DNA from: Chrysemys picta bellii
Lineage: Eukaryota
Reading direction: 5' to 3'
Assembly: GCF_011386835.1 (NCBI RefSeq)
Contig: NC_088792.1
Location: 153,078,001 to 153,142,000 of the forward strand
Length of the DNA stretch: 64,000 bases
Both the position numbers and the translations under genes were made by a program. The stretch's first letter is position 1, and the number at the start of each line of letters is the position of its first letter. The notes under the pieces were generated by a model, which saw only the letters and a list, made by a program, of their open reading frames with translations, did not search any database and was not told where the DNA came from. Shown piece after piece: positions 63,683-64,000 of this stretch.

Positions 63683-64000
63683 GTAAATGAAACTCTTCAC
63701 GACTGGCTTATGCCTGTATATGGTCTTAGTCCTCTCTTAAGTTGATGTGTTTGATAGATCATGTTCAGAGGAAATGAACTTGCCCCACAGAAAACATGTG
63801 AGAAGAGAATAACTGAAACAGTATAAATGGCTAAAATTAACACGCAAGATTCAATGGTCTGCATAAGGTGCAATTAAACTAATAATATACAAACAGTTCA
63901 AAGCAGTTGTCTGACCATGAATATGGGGACAGATTCTCAGATAGTGCAATGCTGAGGCCAAATTTTATAGACTCATTGATTCCAAGGCCAGAAGGGACCA

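Overview
This is vertebrate genomic DNA, very probably turtle, judged from the tRNA-derived SINEs with CR1 tails, young CR1 LINEs, and the hAT/Harbinger MITE, Penelope and Chapaev content. Two + strand genes lie in tandem, in the same order as human AAK1-NFU1. (1) The 3' half of AAK1: eight internal coding exons (1439-30281) and the canonical terminal exon ending ...DQLIDL* (30907-31001), followed by a ~8 kb 3'UTR. A second, 380-codon BMP2K-like terminal exon follows (40697-41838) with its own ~6 kb 3'UTR. (2) The CpG-island promoter and coding exons 1-5 of NFU1 (ATG 51016). The most interesting signals are these. AAK1 has a modular C-terminus: six symmetric phase-1 exons can be joined to up to four different ends, including a candidate deep-intronic exon encoding a polybasic di-cysteine tail (VDTRRKGLCCVLY*). 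A hAT MITE appears to have captured ~62 bp of NFU1 intron 1 from 1.1 kb away. A full-length Chapaev3-type transposon has intact ends. NFU1 exon 5 begins with a recursive-splice-like AG|GTGAGC site, and the NFU1 start codon sits in a perfect TISU element. All exon calls come from manual translation and comparison with remembered human proteins; no alignment or database search was run.
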